A DNA stretch of 64,000 bases from Octopus vulgaris. Its lineage: Eukaryota. A program made the position numbers and the translations under genes. Under the pieces are notes generated by a model that saw nothing but the letters and a program-made list of their open reading frames with translations, was not told the DNA's origin and did not search any database. Shown in pieces: positions 11,254-23,343 of this stretch; the stretch's first letter is position 1, and each line of letters begins with the position of its first letter. Location: NCBI GenBank assembly GCA_951406725.2, contig OX597832.1, positions 39,742,001 through 39,806,000 on the forward strand, in the 5' to 3' direction.

Positions 11254-11256
11254 ATG
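11254..11256 (+). CDS. CCT2: CCT2 exon 1 (ATG only), GC donor
   Basis: ACAATG|GCAAGT in a CpG-richer promoter-like region. Phase 0 fits exon 2. Confidence 0.7.
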
Positions 11257-13509
11257 GCAAGTTCTATTAATTCATATACTGTCTATACCTAAGTGTTCTT
11301 TACTGTACCTGCTTTCTAATCTGCTAATTTCTCCTCTGCTTTCCTCTTAATTAAGCAATGACGAAGCAGGCACCGGGCTTTTCGTCTCATCTGGGAAACC
11401 ACGCGGTGGAGAAGAAAGGCAAAGACACCCAAAGACTTCGCCTTTACCGGCAATTCTTGCTTAGCTTTTAACTCACATTCTTGTTGTCATTTCTTAATAT
11501 CTATTATATATTAATAATAATCATTAACTGCATAAAAGTATACTTTTTTAGTTGCTAATTATCATTAATTAGGATTTGGTTTGCAAGTTTCTTTATATGA
11601 GTTCGTGTGTTGAAGCATATTCTGTTGTGTCTGGGGAGAGTCGTTTTCTTTTTTCTGCCTTATTATGTAGAGTCAAAACTATTGAAAAGGTTGCAAGAGG
11701 CAACGAAAATTTTAGGACAATAAAAATAAGAAAAAAGTGGAAATTTTACCGGTGAGTGTGTTACATTATAAGACACAAAAAGAAAATGACTCTCCCCAGA
11801 CACAACTAAATGATTGTAGATAAAATGATTTGCGGTATTTATTGTTAGGTTTCTTTCGCTCTCGATTCAATTAAATATTCCTGGTACCGACAAGATGAAC
11901 AATTACTTAGTTACATGTTCAATCTAATATGATAGTCGTGCTTTAATCGACTCTTCTATTCGTTCTTTCTTTCTAAAAAATAAGGGTTATTAATATCCAT
12001 GTATTGATTTGCATGTCGTTTGCCTTTATGACTAATCAATTACCCACTCCCATCATTTCCATTGTTATTTTGATGATGATGATGATAGTTGGGAGTTATA
12101 AGCTAAATATATTACAATACTTATTTTCTCATCCTACTCGTTCTGAGTTCAAATCCTGACAGTATCGTCTTTTTTTATGAAGTTGGGGGAGCGGTCACTA
12201 TAATACATCCAGTACCAGTAATATACTGTGGAACGGGACTATTGATCATGTATATCCTTTATATGGTTGCCTGTGCGTCCCTTATATATTTGCTCGTGTC
12301 TCAGTAACTTAGCGACAACTGTGAAGCCAGAAATAGACTGCATGGAACATGAGTTGTGTTGCGGTTGCAATTCTAATTTGAATCCATCTCACTCAACACA
12401 AAACCTCTTGCGATCACCATTTTCAATTTATTCCATGTTCTATAAAATACCGCGTTCTGAGCCTTAAGTAGAAATTATCATCACCATTTAACGTCAGGAA
12501 TATGAGTTGACGTTAATATTTGTTACTTTTTATTTTACTCACTACCTTTACTCTAGCGGGATGAAAGCGGCGTTGGCAAATGTAAAGGGCCGCTTCTAAA
12601 TACCAATAGGCACCTTGGTTAATCTTTTCGATACAAGGCTGTTAGTGATTGTTGCTTTTTAGCCCTGAGAAGACAGTTGATCAAAGGCATTTTAGCACTG
12701 AACATGCCAACAATTTTTTAAGCATTAAAAATATAGTCCTATGTTGTATAATGTATTTCCCTTTTTCAAGACACTTAAGATATAATCAGAGGATTTTGGT
12801 GCTGCTATTTCCAGCAGGTTGAGCAACCACTTCTATAGTGCAAGTTTTGAGACCAGTCAGAAAATGCCTAAATACTTAGAGCTTAAATTCACATCAATTT
12901 ATGAATTTTTGTTTTGTTTGTGTGTAAGGTACAAGTCAAGAAACCATCTTTTTGGGGGAGGAAAGTTTTAATGCTTGCTTGTATACGGATCAGGCAGCGT
13001 GTTGTGTTCTTGAGCAAGACACTTTATTTCACATTGCTCCAGTTCACTCAGCAGTAGAAATGAGTTGTGACAAGCTGTATCAGCCTTTGCCTTTCCCTTG
13101 GATAGCATCAGGCATGGACAATTGCTGGTCTTCCATAAACAATCTTGCCTGGGCTTGTTCCTCAGAGAGTAACTTTGGTGCAATCCTGTGGTCATCCATG
13201 ACCGGAGGGGGTCTTTACCCTTTTTTTGTAGCTGTAGAAGCAGATAATGGCTCACCTTTTTTTATTTCCCACCAGCTGCCACTCTGTCTCACTTCTAGTA
13301 TTTCAAAGGTTCTACTTTTAAAGGGAATCTGTATGGTCACAACCTGCTAAAACCAACACCCAAATACCCTTCAATCCAAAAAAAAATACATTGGATCACA
13401 TAGCCCAAAATAAAGATTGTGAATAAAAGATAGAATGGTGACTGCTAGGATATCATGATTCAGTAAGGCTGACCTAAAGTCAAACAACACCTCAAGTGTC
13501 CAGACTTCT

Positions 13510-13610
13510 TCAGTGGTCACCAGTACAGTTTACATAGCGCCAAGTCTGCAATGGACTTGCTCTCCGACATCATGTACCATTCATCTCTCACCTTAGGGAA
13601 TTTCCTTGCT
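13510..13610 (+). mobile_element. Short LINE reverse-transcriptase remnant (Jockey/CR1-like)
   Basis: SGHQYSLHSAKSAMDLLS resembles the RT motif SD.QYGFR..RST.DLL. Confidence 0.45.
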
Positions 13611-13941
13611 AAATTTGCACCCTTGAAGCTTCTGTCTCTCACCCAGAAGAATTTCCTGGTTAAACTGGTCCCCCTACTAATCTCTGAGTGTCTACATTTG
13701 CCCCATTGCAACTTATGTTGACAAGAGTCTCTTCATCCCAGATACTACCAGTCCTTGTGTACCTCTGGGTTTGGTTATGTTTTCCACATTATTCAGTCTG
13801 TGCATTTGTGACCACCTTCTTGTCACTTCTGATAGCACACACACACCCGCTACACGATGTTATCCTTATCCCCTTATTTTTAGTTAAGACTCAATTCACC
13901 AACATTACAACCCATCTGTGATGTTTGTTATTTTGTAATAA

Positions 13942-14262
13942 TCATCATCATCATCGTTTAACGTCCGTTCTCCATGCTAGCATGGGTTGGACGGTTCGAC
14001 CGGGGATCTGGTAAGCCAGAAGGCTGCACCAGGCTCCAGTCTTATCTGGCAATGTTTCTACAACTGGATGCCCTTCCTAACGCCAACCACTCCGTGAGTG
14101 TAGTGGGTGCTTTTTACATGCCACCTGCACAGGTGCCAGGTGAGGCTGGCAACGGCTACGGTCGGATTGGTGCATTTTATGTGCCACCGGCACGGAAGCC
14201 AGTCGAGGCGGCGCTGGCATCGGCCACGAGTCGGATAGTGCTTTTTACGTACCACCAGACCA
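13942..14262 (-). mobile_element. SINE family C copy
   Basis: (CAT)n CGTTTAACGTCC...GGATGCCCTTCCTAACGCC...GGTGCTTTTTAC repeats. Confidence 0.85.
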
Positions 14263-14618
14263 GGGATCCTGGCTGGTTCAATTTGATTTCGATTTCACTT
14301 GCCCCAACATGTCTTCGCAAGCAAAGGGGGTTGGCATGGGTGCCTGTCGTACGGTTGGATTGAAAATGATGCATAGAAGGCAAACTCTCTGCCTGCTTTC
14401 TTTATAAGTATGTTACTATCCATTGATATAAAATGACATTGTACTACACACACTCATAGCTGTGTAGTTAAGAAGTTTGCTTCTCATCTGCATGGTTTTG
14501 AATTTCAAAGTAAAATGGAAATTCACAAGTAGTATATTCATTAGAAATATGGTCACAAACGGGTTAATCGGATCCCTAAGTAGTAAAATTACTGTTTGGT
14601 ACAAATTTTTTGAACGTA

Positions 14619-14996
14619 GGCGTGGGAGTGGCTGTGTGGTAAGTAGCTTGCTTACGAACCACATGGTTCCAGGTTCAGTCACACTGCGTGGCACCTTTGG
14701 CAAGTGTCTTCTACTATAGCCTCGGGCCGACCAAAGCCTTGTGAGTGGATTTGGTAGACGGAAACTGAAAGAAGCCCGACGTATGTATGTGTTTGTGTGT
14801 CTGTGTTTGTCCCCCCAACATCGCTTGACAACCGATGCTGGTGTGTTTACATCCCCGTAACTTAGCGGTTTGTCAAAAGAGACTGATAGAATAAGTACTA
14901 GGCTTACAAAGAATAAGTCCTGGGATCGATTTGCTCGACTAAAAAGGTGGTGCTCCAGCATGGCCGCAGTCAAATGACTGAAACAAGTAAAAGAGT
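14619..14996 (+). mobile_element. SINE family B, full-length copy
   Basis: Head to GACTGAAACAAGTAAAAGAG tail. Another copy at 15878-16222. Confidence 0.85.
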
Positions 14997-15065
14997 ATAT
15001 GTTTATAACATTATTTAATGTGTGTTGTTATTTAATTTTTTTCTATTTCTATTTTATTGCAACAG

Positions 15066-15143
15066 AATTATATCAATCCAATGAATCCTGTCCAGATTCT
15101 CAGCACTGGCGCTGAGGAGGAAAAGTCTGAAATAGCTCGTCTT
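15066..15143 (+). CDS. CCT2: CCT2 exon 2
   Basis: cag|NYINPMNPVQILSTGAEEEKSEIARL|gtaagt; homologous to the CCT-beta N-terminus (GADEERAETARL). Confidence 0.93.
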
Positions 15144-16759
15144 GTAAGTATCTTGGATGAATCTCTTCCTGTAAAGTAATTGACAATATTTCAGTTGTTC
15201 TTAAGGCAGAATTGTGAGCACACAGGGCAAAATACTTGGCAGCATTTCGTCTTTATGTTCTGGGTTCAAACTCCACTGAAGTCGACTTTTCTTTTCATCC
15301 TTTCAGGATCGATAAAATAAGTACCAGTTGAATACTGGGGTCAGTGTAATTGACTTGCTCCATCCCCGAAGTTGCTGGCCTTGTGCAAAAATTTGAAACA
15401 ATATTTTGGTTGTTTTTGGTTTCTTTATATGATTTAAATAGTGAGGGGGGGGGTCATACACAAGATTCATTATATTCATTGGGAAAATATATAATGATAG
15501 ATATTTTCACTGAGTATAATCATTAATTGGACAGTTTGTTTTCTATTTTTCTTCAGACATTTTGTTAAAAGAAATAGCATTCTTCAGTAATCTTTAATGA
15601 GCTGGGATTTGCTAAGTCAACCATTTAGCATTCAGATTAGTCTGTCAAATGTAATGCTTAATTCTTTTCATTGTTTTGAATTGACCATAAACTTATCTCA
15701 CGGCTCTGAGATTTCAATTCTGTGATTGTTTTATCTTTAGAAAGACATTGTAGGATGTGTGTGAGAAGCCAGATCTTGCTGGTCTGGAGATAAAACGGGT
15801 AGAATATTTTGTCTGAATATAGCTGGTTTAAAAACTAAAGAGTTAATATTATCTTGAGATCTGAAATTGTTAATATAGGCATAGGAGTGGCTGTGTGGTA
15901 AGTAGCTTGCTTACGAACCACATGGTTCTGGATTCAGGCCCACTGCGTGGCACCTTGAACAAGTGTCTTCTACTATAGCCTCAGACCAACCAAAGCCTTG
16001 TGAGTGGAAGAAGCTCGTCGTATATATGTGTGTGTGTTTGTCCCCCCAGCATGGCTTGACAACTGATGCTGGTGTGTTTACATCCCCTGTGACTTAGCAG
16101 TTCAGCAAAAGACACCAATAGAATAAGTACTAAGTTTACAAAGAATAAGTCCTGGGGTCGATTTGCTCGACTAAAGGCGGTGCCCCAGCATGGCCACAGT
16201 CAAATGACTGAAACAAGTAAAATGTAAAATTGATCCAGTGTTGATTTCATCCTTAATAACACTTGAATGATGCAACCATGAATGTGTGCTTCAGAAATTT
16301 GGTTCAGTCCCCAGTGCCTGGTGCCCATCATGAGTTTGTAAGTGTATTGGTGGAAAATGATTAGTCTCCCACTTGTAAATATTTCAGCTGGAGGGAATGA
16401 AATCAATACTGGTGCAGCTTCTACCTACACTAATAACTGAATAGTGATATATAGTGTCTTGGCTGTGGTGATCAAGTATGGCAGTTCAATCTAAATATAT
16501 ATATATATATATGTATGTATATCGCACACTGTATGACTGTTTGATTTTGCTCAATATCAATAAAGAATTAATAATAATGTTGTTCCTTGTGAAGGCAATG
16601 AGCTGACAGAAAAATGCTTAGTGGTATTTTGTCAGTCTTTACTTTCTGCTGAGGTTGACTTTGCCTTTTATCCTTTTTTTGGTGGGGTCAATAAAATAAA
16701 TACCAGTTAAACTCTGGGGTTGTCAAAATTTGAAACCAATATTGTTCCTTGTTTTAGAC

Positions 16760-16960
16760 CAGTGCTTTTCAAACTTTTTGCTGAAGCGGAACCCCAAGGA
16801 AACATTCCACTGGCTCGAGGAACCCCTGTGCAATAGTTTAATTGTCTTGAGCACACATATCTGCACAGGAGAATTAAAAATTACTGTCGATTTTAGCATT
16901 TTTGTAACTTCTTGTGGAACCCCTGGACTGTACTGGCGGAACCCTGGTTGTAAACCACTG
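16760..16960. mobile_element. hAT (Charlie-like) MITE
   Basis: TIRs CAGTGCTTTTCAAAC / GGTTGTAAACCACTG. Perfect 8-bp TSD TTTTAGAC at 16752-16759 and 16961-16968. Confidence 0.88.
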
Positions 16961-17007
16961 TTTTAGACAATCTGTAAATTGATCATGATTTTCTCCTCAT
17001 CTTTCAG

Positions 17008-17073
17008 TCATACTTTGCTGGCGCTATTACTATTGGAGATGTAGTCAAAAGTACCCTGGGACCAAAAGGAATG
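17008..17073 (+). CDS. CCT2: CCT2 exon 3
   Basis: SYFAGAITIGDVVKSTLGPKGM, AG/GT bounded; chaperonin TLGPKG motif. Confidence 0.97.
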
Positions 17074-17237
17074 GTAAGAATTCACTTTTTCTTCCTTTTC
17101 AAATTAAATCAAGATTAATGCAAAATTATTTTTTTTTGCTTTCTCGAAACTCTGAAGCTTTTCTGATTCACTTCTAATTGCTAATTATAATCAAGTTTAA
17201 TTGTATCATGTTTGTTTCTGTTTTGCTCTTTGCTTAG

Positions 17238-17352
17238 GATAAAATCTTATTGAAGCAAGGCAGAGGAGAGAATGCCATCGAAGTAACCAATGATGGTGCC
17301 ACCATTCTTAAGTCACTTGGAGTTGATAATCCTGCAGCAAAGGTTCTTGTTG
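17238..17352 (+). CDS. CCT2: CCT2 exon 4
   Basis: [38 protein letters not shown]; TNDGATIL motif. Confidence 0.97.
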
Positions 17353-17738
17353 GTAAGTGTTGGTGTTTTACAGTACAATCTTTAGCCCTGGGTCATTTCT
17401 GATCAACCAAACCCATGAGCAAAGGTGTTCCAGACTTAACCATCATGTCTTTTTGGGTGCATGTCAAAGACTACAGTGTCCAATGCATCTAATTGTCTCT
17501 TGACATTATGGTGTTGGGGATTTGTAGTATTCATGCCTCCCTGGGGTCTTATGGTATGTTATACCTACAACTATTAAATTGTGTTTCACAGGAAACTCAC
17601 TCTTTGTTGTAAGCTGCTTGTCACCAGTAATATTCTGGTTCTACTCTGTAAAAAAGACTTTGTGTCATACTTGGAAGTTATTGAGATAAATGAAGTTCAT
17701 CTGTATAATTTTTTTTTATCATTGTTTCCTTGTTGCAG

Positions 17739-17815
17739 ATATCTCCAGGGTTCAAGATGATGAAGTTGGTGATGGTACCACATCAGTTGTTGTTTTGGCT
17801 TGTGAACTGTTAAAG
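17739..17815 (+). CDS. CCT2: CCT2 exon 5
   Basis: [25 protein letters not shown]; GDGTTS ATP-binding motif. Confidence 0.98.
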
Positions 17816-18189
17816 GTAAAGTCTAAATCAACCAAATATCTTGCATGTTTTGTGTGTCATAAAACTAGACTATTGATCTCATAGTTTACAGGTTCAAACC
17901 TTACTGCATCCATTAGCCTTACTCCCTAGATAGGGGGCTAGCAGTAAGAATGATATATATTTTACTCCAAAGAAAACCTACCATCCGGACATCTGTTGGA
18001 ATATATGACTTTTCTGCTTGACTGTTGTTTAACCTCAAGTCAGCTCTGATTAAGCAGTTGTATACATGTATACAACATTGGTTTTTCTGGAACCTTCTGT
18101 TCCAAAGCTATTCCAGATTACCAATTTTTATGAACCAGGAATGGTTACCATGATGAATACACTCTAAATTAAATAATTGAATTAACTTA

Positions 18190-18300
18190 AATGATGTAGC
18201 TCATTGGTAGAGTGTTCACTTTGGTGTGTGAAAGGTTCCGGGTTCACTCCCCAGCATAGCCACAGCCTTAGGGCTGAAATGAATGAAAGAATAAAAGAAT
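18190..18300 (+). pseudogene. tRNA-Ala-like pseudogene or minimal SINE in CCT2 intron 5
   Basis: GATGTAGCTCATTGGTAGAG..TTCAC[8 nt]GTGAA..GGTTCACTCCCCAGCAT resembles tRNA-Ala with CpG decay. Acceptor stem is broken, and it runs into a family-B-like tail. Confidence 0.6.
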
Positions 18301-18637
18301 TAGTAAAAACGAAAAGAATTTTATTAGTACTTGCTGTGCAAGGTACCAGTAAACTAGTCTGGCAACCATGAAAATTTGAAGTTCCTGCTATTATTAATAA
18401 GTGCAGATTACAAAAGGTTCAGGATCATCGGTGTCTGAAAAGCTGGTGTTGTAGCTGCCACTGTCTCAGTATATGAGAGATGACTTTATCCAGTGTGTCC
18501 TTGGTGGTGGTCATGGCTCTGCTATTGCTTCCACAAGAATGAAACCTCACTTCCAGATTTGGTATTTTGTTATATAAATGATCCTTTATATTTTTCTCTC
18601 ACTGCATATATCAGTTGCTTGTGTTTTATATTTTCAG

Positions 18638-18750
18638 GAAGCTGAGAATCTCATCCGCATGAAAATCCATCCACAGACCATCATTGCTGGGTGGAGGAAA
18701 GCAACTGCTGTTGCTAGGGAGGTTTTAGAGAAATCAGCAAATGACAACGG
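18638..18750 (+). CDS. CCT2: CCT2 exon 6
   Basis: [37 protein letters not shown]. Confidence 0.97.
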
Positions 18751-19890
18751 GTACGTTTCACACTACTTCCATCACCCCTTTTTTCAATGTTGTGCACCCA
18801 TATCTGGCCCAGTTCAATACGTCACCTGCTAGATGAACTGTAGGTTACATCATTGTTTCAACGTCCAATTTTCCATTCTTACTAAGAGTTTATTGAGGTA
18901 GATTTTCTATGGCCCTTCCTGTTGCTAATCCATTTCCCCGCGGCCAGACATGTTTTTGCAGAATATTGATGATGACTGAGATTCATTTACAACAAGTAGA
19001 CACAAATATACATATAAGACCCGGCAGGACTAGTGAGACCATAACCCGTGGCCTCTACCTGGGATGTAGCCTGTCTACTTATGCATACCTTTCCTTCTTG
19101 GGACACACAACTCCACTTGTGAAGACCCGTTGAGGCAAGTGGAAATCAAAATCAAATTAAATCAGAAATCAGAACCAAAATCGAAGTCAATCAACATCAA
19201 TGGAAATTGCAGCTGCGATACCAGTGCTGGTGACACGTAAGCGTACCATCCGATCGTGGCCAGCGCCACCCCGACTGGCCTCCGTACCGGTGGCACGTAA
19301 AAAGCACCACCTGACCGTGTCCGTTGCCAGCGCCACCCCGACTGGCCTCCGTGCCGGTGACACGTAAAAAGCACCATCCGATCGTGGCCGTCTGCCAGCC
19401 CCAAGACTATCTTATAGTTAGGTACAGGCATTGCTGTATGGTTAAGAGTTTTACCTTGTAACCATATGGTTTCAGATTTAGTCCATGGTCCTAAGTACCT
19501 TGGGCATGCGTCTTCTACTATAGTACCAGGCCAACCAAAGCTGTATGGGTAAATTTGTTAGGCAGAAAATGGAAAAAGGCCCGTTATATATGTGTGTGTG
19601 TGTATGTCCCTTTGACTCAAAGTCAGGTGTTAATTATAAAGTAACATCGCTGTTTATTTACAATCTTCTGTGAAAAAAATGTCCAGACTAAGGGAAAATA
19701 TCAGCTCACTCAACAAGAACATTTCGTCTTAAGAAATCTGCCTCAACAAATTTCGTGTGAGCCGTACCAGACTTGAATAGATGACTACAGCTTGATGTCT
19801 GCATTTCTGTTACTACTAGTAACTAATTTTTCCTGTATGTTGTATCCAAATAAAATACTTACCAATTGCAAATTGTTTCCTTATTTGTAG

Positions 19891-20017
19891 TAATGATCCT
19901 GTAAAATTCCGTCAAGATTTAAAGAACATAGCTCTGACAACTCTTGGGTCCAAAATTCTTACCCAACACAGTGACCATTTTGCTGAGCTTGCAGTTAACG
20001 CTGTTCTTAAACTCAAG
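19891..20017 (+). CDS. CCT2: CCT2 exon 7
   Basis: [42 protein letters not shown]; phases consistent with neighbouring exons. Confidence 0.96.
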
Positions 20018-20310
20018 GTATTGTATTGTTGTTGTTATTTTGTAATGTGGTATGGCTTTGATCAAAATGCCTTGTATTTAATTACGTCCCTTTATGTTAT
20101 GAGAATCAAATACTGTTAATAAGATGTGAGTACTCTTAGGGTGAGGGATTATCAGAACTGGCAGAGTATCATACTAACTGGTGTGTTGTATTTAGTTTCA
20201 TTCTGAATTTGTATGTCACTGATTTTTGCCATTTATCCCTGTTATTCTTCTACTAGTTTCATTTTACACTATGAATATAGCTTTATTCCTAAGACAGAAG
20301 TCATAAGTAC

Positions 20311-20497
20311 CTATTTCTTTACTACCCACAAGGGGACAAACAAGGACAGACATAGGTATTAAGTCGATTATATCAACCCCGAAAGGATGAAGGGCAAAGT
20401 CAACCTCGGCGGCATTTTAACTCACAACGTAACGGCAGACGAAATACCGCTGAGCATTTTGCCCAACGTACTAACGTTTCTGCCAGCTTGCCGCCTC
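20311..20497 (-). mobile_element. SINE family A copy with 13-bp TSD
   Basis: TSD AAGTCATAAGTAC at 20298-20310 and 20498-20510. Confidence 0.88.
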
Positions 20498-21303
20498 AAG
20501 TCATAAGTACCAGTTGGTCACTGGGGTTGATGCAGTTGATTTATCCCCTCTCCTTGAAATTACTGGTCTTGTGCCAAAAATTTGAAGCCATTATTAGCAA
20601 ACCACCCAAAATTACCTATTAATATTTTAATGAGAATTTCAATGCAAATCTCATTTGTGATAGCACCTGGTTTCATGTAAACAATTGAGTTAGACTCTCC
20701 AATATTGTACATGATATCTGAGTGGTGCAAATTTCTGGAGATTTTTGAAGGTTTGTAAAGTAAAAAATCCCTGGCTGGAAAAATAAGTGTTAGTGAAAGG
20801 ATGTCCAACTGTAAGGGCGTCGTCTTGATATACTTCTGTCAGCATGGAAAAACGGATATAAACACAAGTATCACATGGGCAAATATAGACAAAGAAGTTG
20901 CTGATCCCTGCCCAGACTGAGGGAAGACAAAATTCTTAGCTTCAAGACGCCACACTGAACGTCCATTATGTTGTAGTTGTAGGAAATGTGACTTAAGTGT
21001 GTTTTCATTTCCAATGCCTTCTCGTATACTTGTATACTGGTCCAGATATTCTACATGTTTTATATTCAAACTGGCAATATCTGGCCTCTCACACCAGCAT
21101 TAATTTTAATTTTGGTAGAATAATGCGAACACTAAAGGGCTAAATAAAACCAATTTGTAACACTTGATGAGTTGGGTGCCTCAGTGAAATGGTGTCCTAA
21201 GTCTGACTCCAAGACACTATGTGATGGCTTTATTTTCTTTTTAGTTTCATAGAAAAGATTATTTCAGAATGTTTAATCATAAATCAATGTCCTTTGATTC
21301 CAG

Positions 21304-21379
21304 GGAAACAATGACATTTCTGTCATCCAAATCATTAAGAAGTTAGGAAGCGGAATGAAAGATTCTTATCTTGATGAAG
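21304..21379 (+). CDS. CCT2: CCT2 exon 8
   Basis: GNNDISVIQIIKKLGSGMKDSYLDE. Confidence 0.95.
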
Positions 21380-21521
21380 GTGAGTTATGCTTTGTTTGTT
21401 CATGTGGCTACAGTGTCAATCTCTAGCGAGAGGTTCAAGACATCTAAACCAATATTTGAATGGTGCTTCTGGTTAGAATTAGAGCAGTTTTGTTTTTATT
21501 GCGGAATATGATTTTCCTTAA

Positions 21522-21698
21522 CCCTTTAGCATTTAAACCGGCCATATCCGGCCAAAAGTATTCTGCCTGTTTTATGTCCAAACTGGCCAATCAGCTACCT
21601 CATCAAAATCTCATAGCTACAAGGTAATGCAGGATTAATTCAAAACAATGTAGATGAAGAAGCATTAATTTTGGCAGAATTATGCGAACACTAAAGGG
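21522..21698. mobile_element. piggyBac-like MITE, family 1
   Basis: TTAA|CCCTTTAG...CTAAAGGG|TTAA. Related pieces at ~15610-15846 and ~51130-51346. Confidence 0.8.
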
Positions 21699-22612
21699 TT
21701 AAAATTTTGATCTTAAAATACAAGGTCCTCATTTGAAAACACTCCATTGTAGTTCAGACCATGACTGGCTGAATTTTTAAGGTACTGGACAGCTAGCCTC
21801 AGGCAGTCAGTATTTGGTCATTGTTTTTTTACCCTACAATTGGTGTGGTTGAGCAGCATTCTTCCCAATCACATGGTCTTGGATTCATTCCCACTGTGCC
21901 ACAACTTGGGCAAGTATTTTCTTCCGTAGCCCTGGATCACCTAACACTTTGTGATTGAGTTTGGTAAAGGGAAATGAGAAGAAACCCATTAGCATCACCA
22001 CATCCTCTGAAACCGATAAAAATACAGGTTTGTTTTCCCCCATTGTCTGGACATCATACAACTATTATAAATGAGCATCACCATCATACCAGTGATGCTG
22101 TTTGTTTCCAGGAAATGCCTGGACCTTGCAGGGATAGCAAAGTGGATATTAAATGATGGGCAGTAGTGATGATAGATGGGGGTTATGGTTTGGTAACAAG
22201 AGCTGGAAATTCCTACAGAGAAGTGTAATTCAGTAGTGGATGGAGTGTTCAGTATATATGTTGGGTTTCTAATGGTGATGCTGGAATAGAGTTGGTAATT
22301 TTAGTTGGTCAGAAGTTCTGGTAATGGCATCAGGGGAGACAATGGACACAACTGTTTGGTGAACTAATTGCTGTGTAGTGATTGGTATTAGGAAGGACAT
22401 CCAGTTGTAGAAACCATGCCAAAACAGATGACTGATGCCTGGTGCAGCCCTCCAACTTACCAGCACCTGGCACCCCATCAACCCACTTCTGGGTCTGCAG
22501 TGGTAAGGGTTTAGGATTTAGAAACACAGCTGTACCAGCATCTACAAAAGTAGGTTTCATCTCCCTTTAGTTTTCTCATCATATTAATTTTGAATTGCTT
22601 TCCTCTTTTCAG

Positions 22613-22713
22613 GTTTCCTTCTTGACAAAAAGATTGGTGTCAACCAGCCTAAAAGGATAGAAAATGCCAAGATTCTTGTTGCAAACACACCCATGGATGC
22701 TGACAAAATCAAA
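22613..22713 (+). CDS. CCT2: CCT2 exon 9
   Basis: [33 protein letters not shown]. Confidence 0.98.
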
Positions 22714-23215
22714 GTAAGAATTTACTTTTATTGATTGCTTTCTTGTTTTAAATCCTTAAGTACTTGCTCTCTTTACTATATCGATGCTGCCCGTTTTCAC
22801 TACATACATTTATGTAGTATTTGATGATGGGTCATGAGGTCATTAATTGAGCTAAAAGGACAAAATTCTTGCAATCGTGACTGTGTACACAGGAGAGGCA
22901 ACTGGCCATATAAAAGTCTACCTCAATAAAACTCTGTCCAACCCATGCTAGCATAGAAAAGTGGACGTTAAACAATGCTGTTATTTCTAGCTGGTGAAAT
23001 GACCACATCCAGTTCCTACACTGGCTCTTATGACCTGTTTTTACTTTACTCCTTATAGATATTTCACTTTCTTCAAACACTTATTTTCTTGGAGAAAGGT
23101 CATAAATATCACAGTTCCCTTTAAACTTATTCTCGTGATATAATTAAATGAAATACTCTCATTACTGCTGGTGTTTTAGGGGTTTTTATTTAAAAGGATT
23201 TGTTGTGTTTTCTAG

Positions 23216-23343
23216 GTGTTTGGTTCCCGGGTGAAGGTTGATGCCATTTCCAAAGTTGCCGAACTGGAAGTAGCAGAAAGAGAGAAGATGAAGGATAAAG
23301 TGAATAAAATATTGAAACATGGCTGTAATGTCTTCATTAACAG
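23216..23343 (+). CDS. CCT2: CCT2 exon 10
   Basis: [42 protein letters not shown]. Confidence 0.98.

Noticed and set aside
13974-14363. Recurrent '[33 protein letters not shown]' ORF family
   Set aside because: Antisense translation of SINE family C; frames and stops vary between copies.
18190-18262. Functional tRNA gene
   Set aside because: 8-nt anticodon loop, broken acceptor stem, mutated T-loop; called a pseudogene/SINE instead.
19230-19400. CRISPR-like spaced repeats (GGCACGTAAAAAGCACC with variable spacers)
   Set aside because: Internal tandem subrepeats of a eukaryotic SINE; the spacers are related to each other and there are no cas genes.
21165-21212. C/D box snoRNA (TGATGA...CTGA) in CCT2 intron 7
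   Set aside because: Only ~32 nt between the boxes, and no clear C'/D' boxes or guide sequence.
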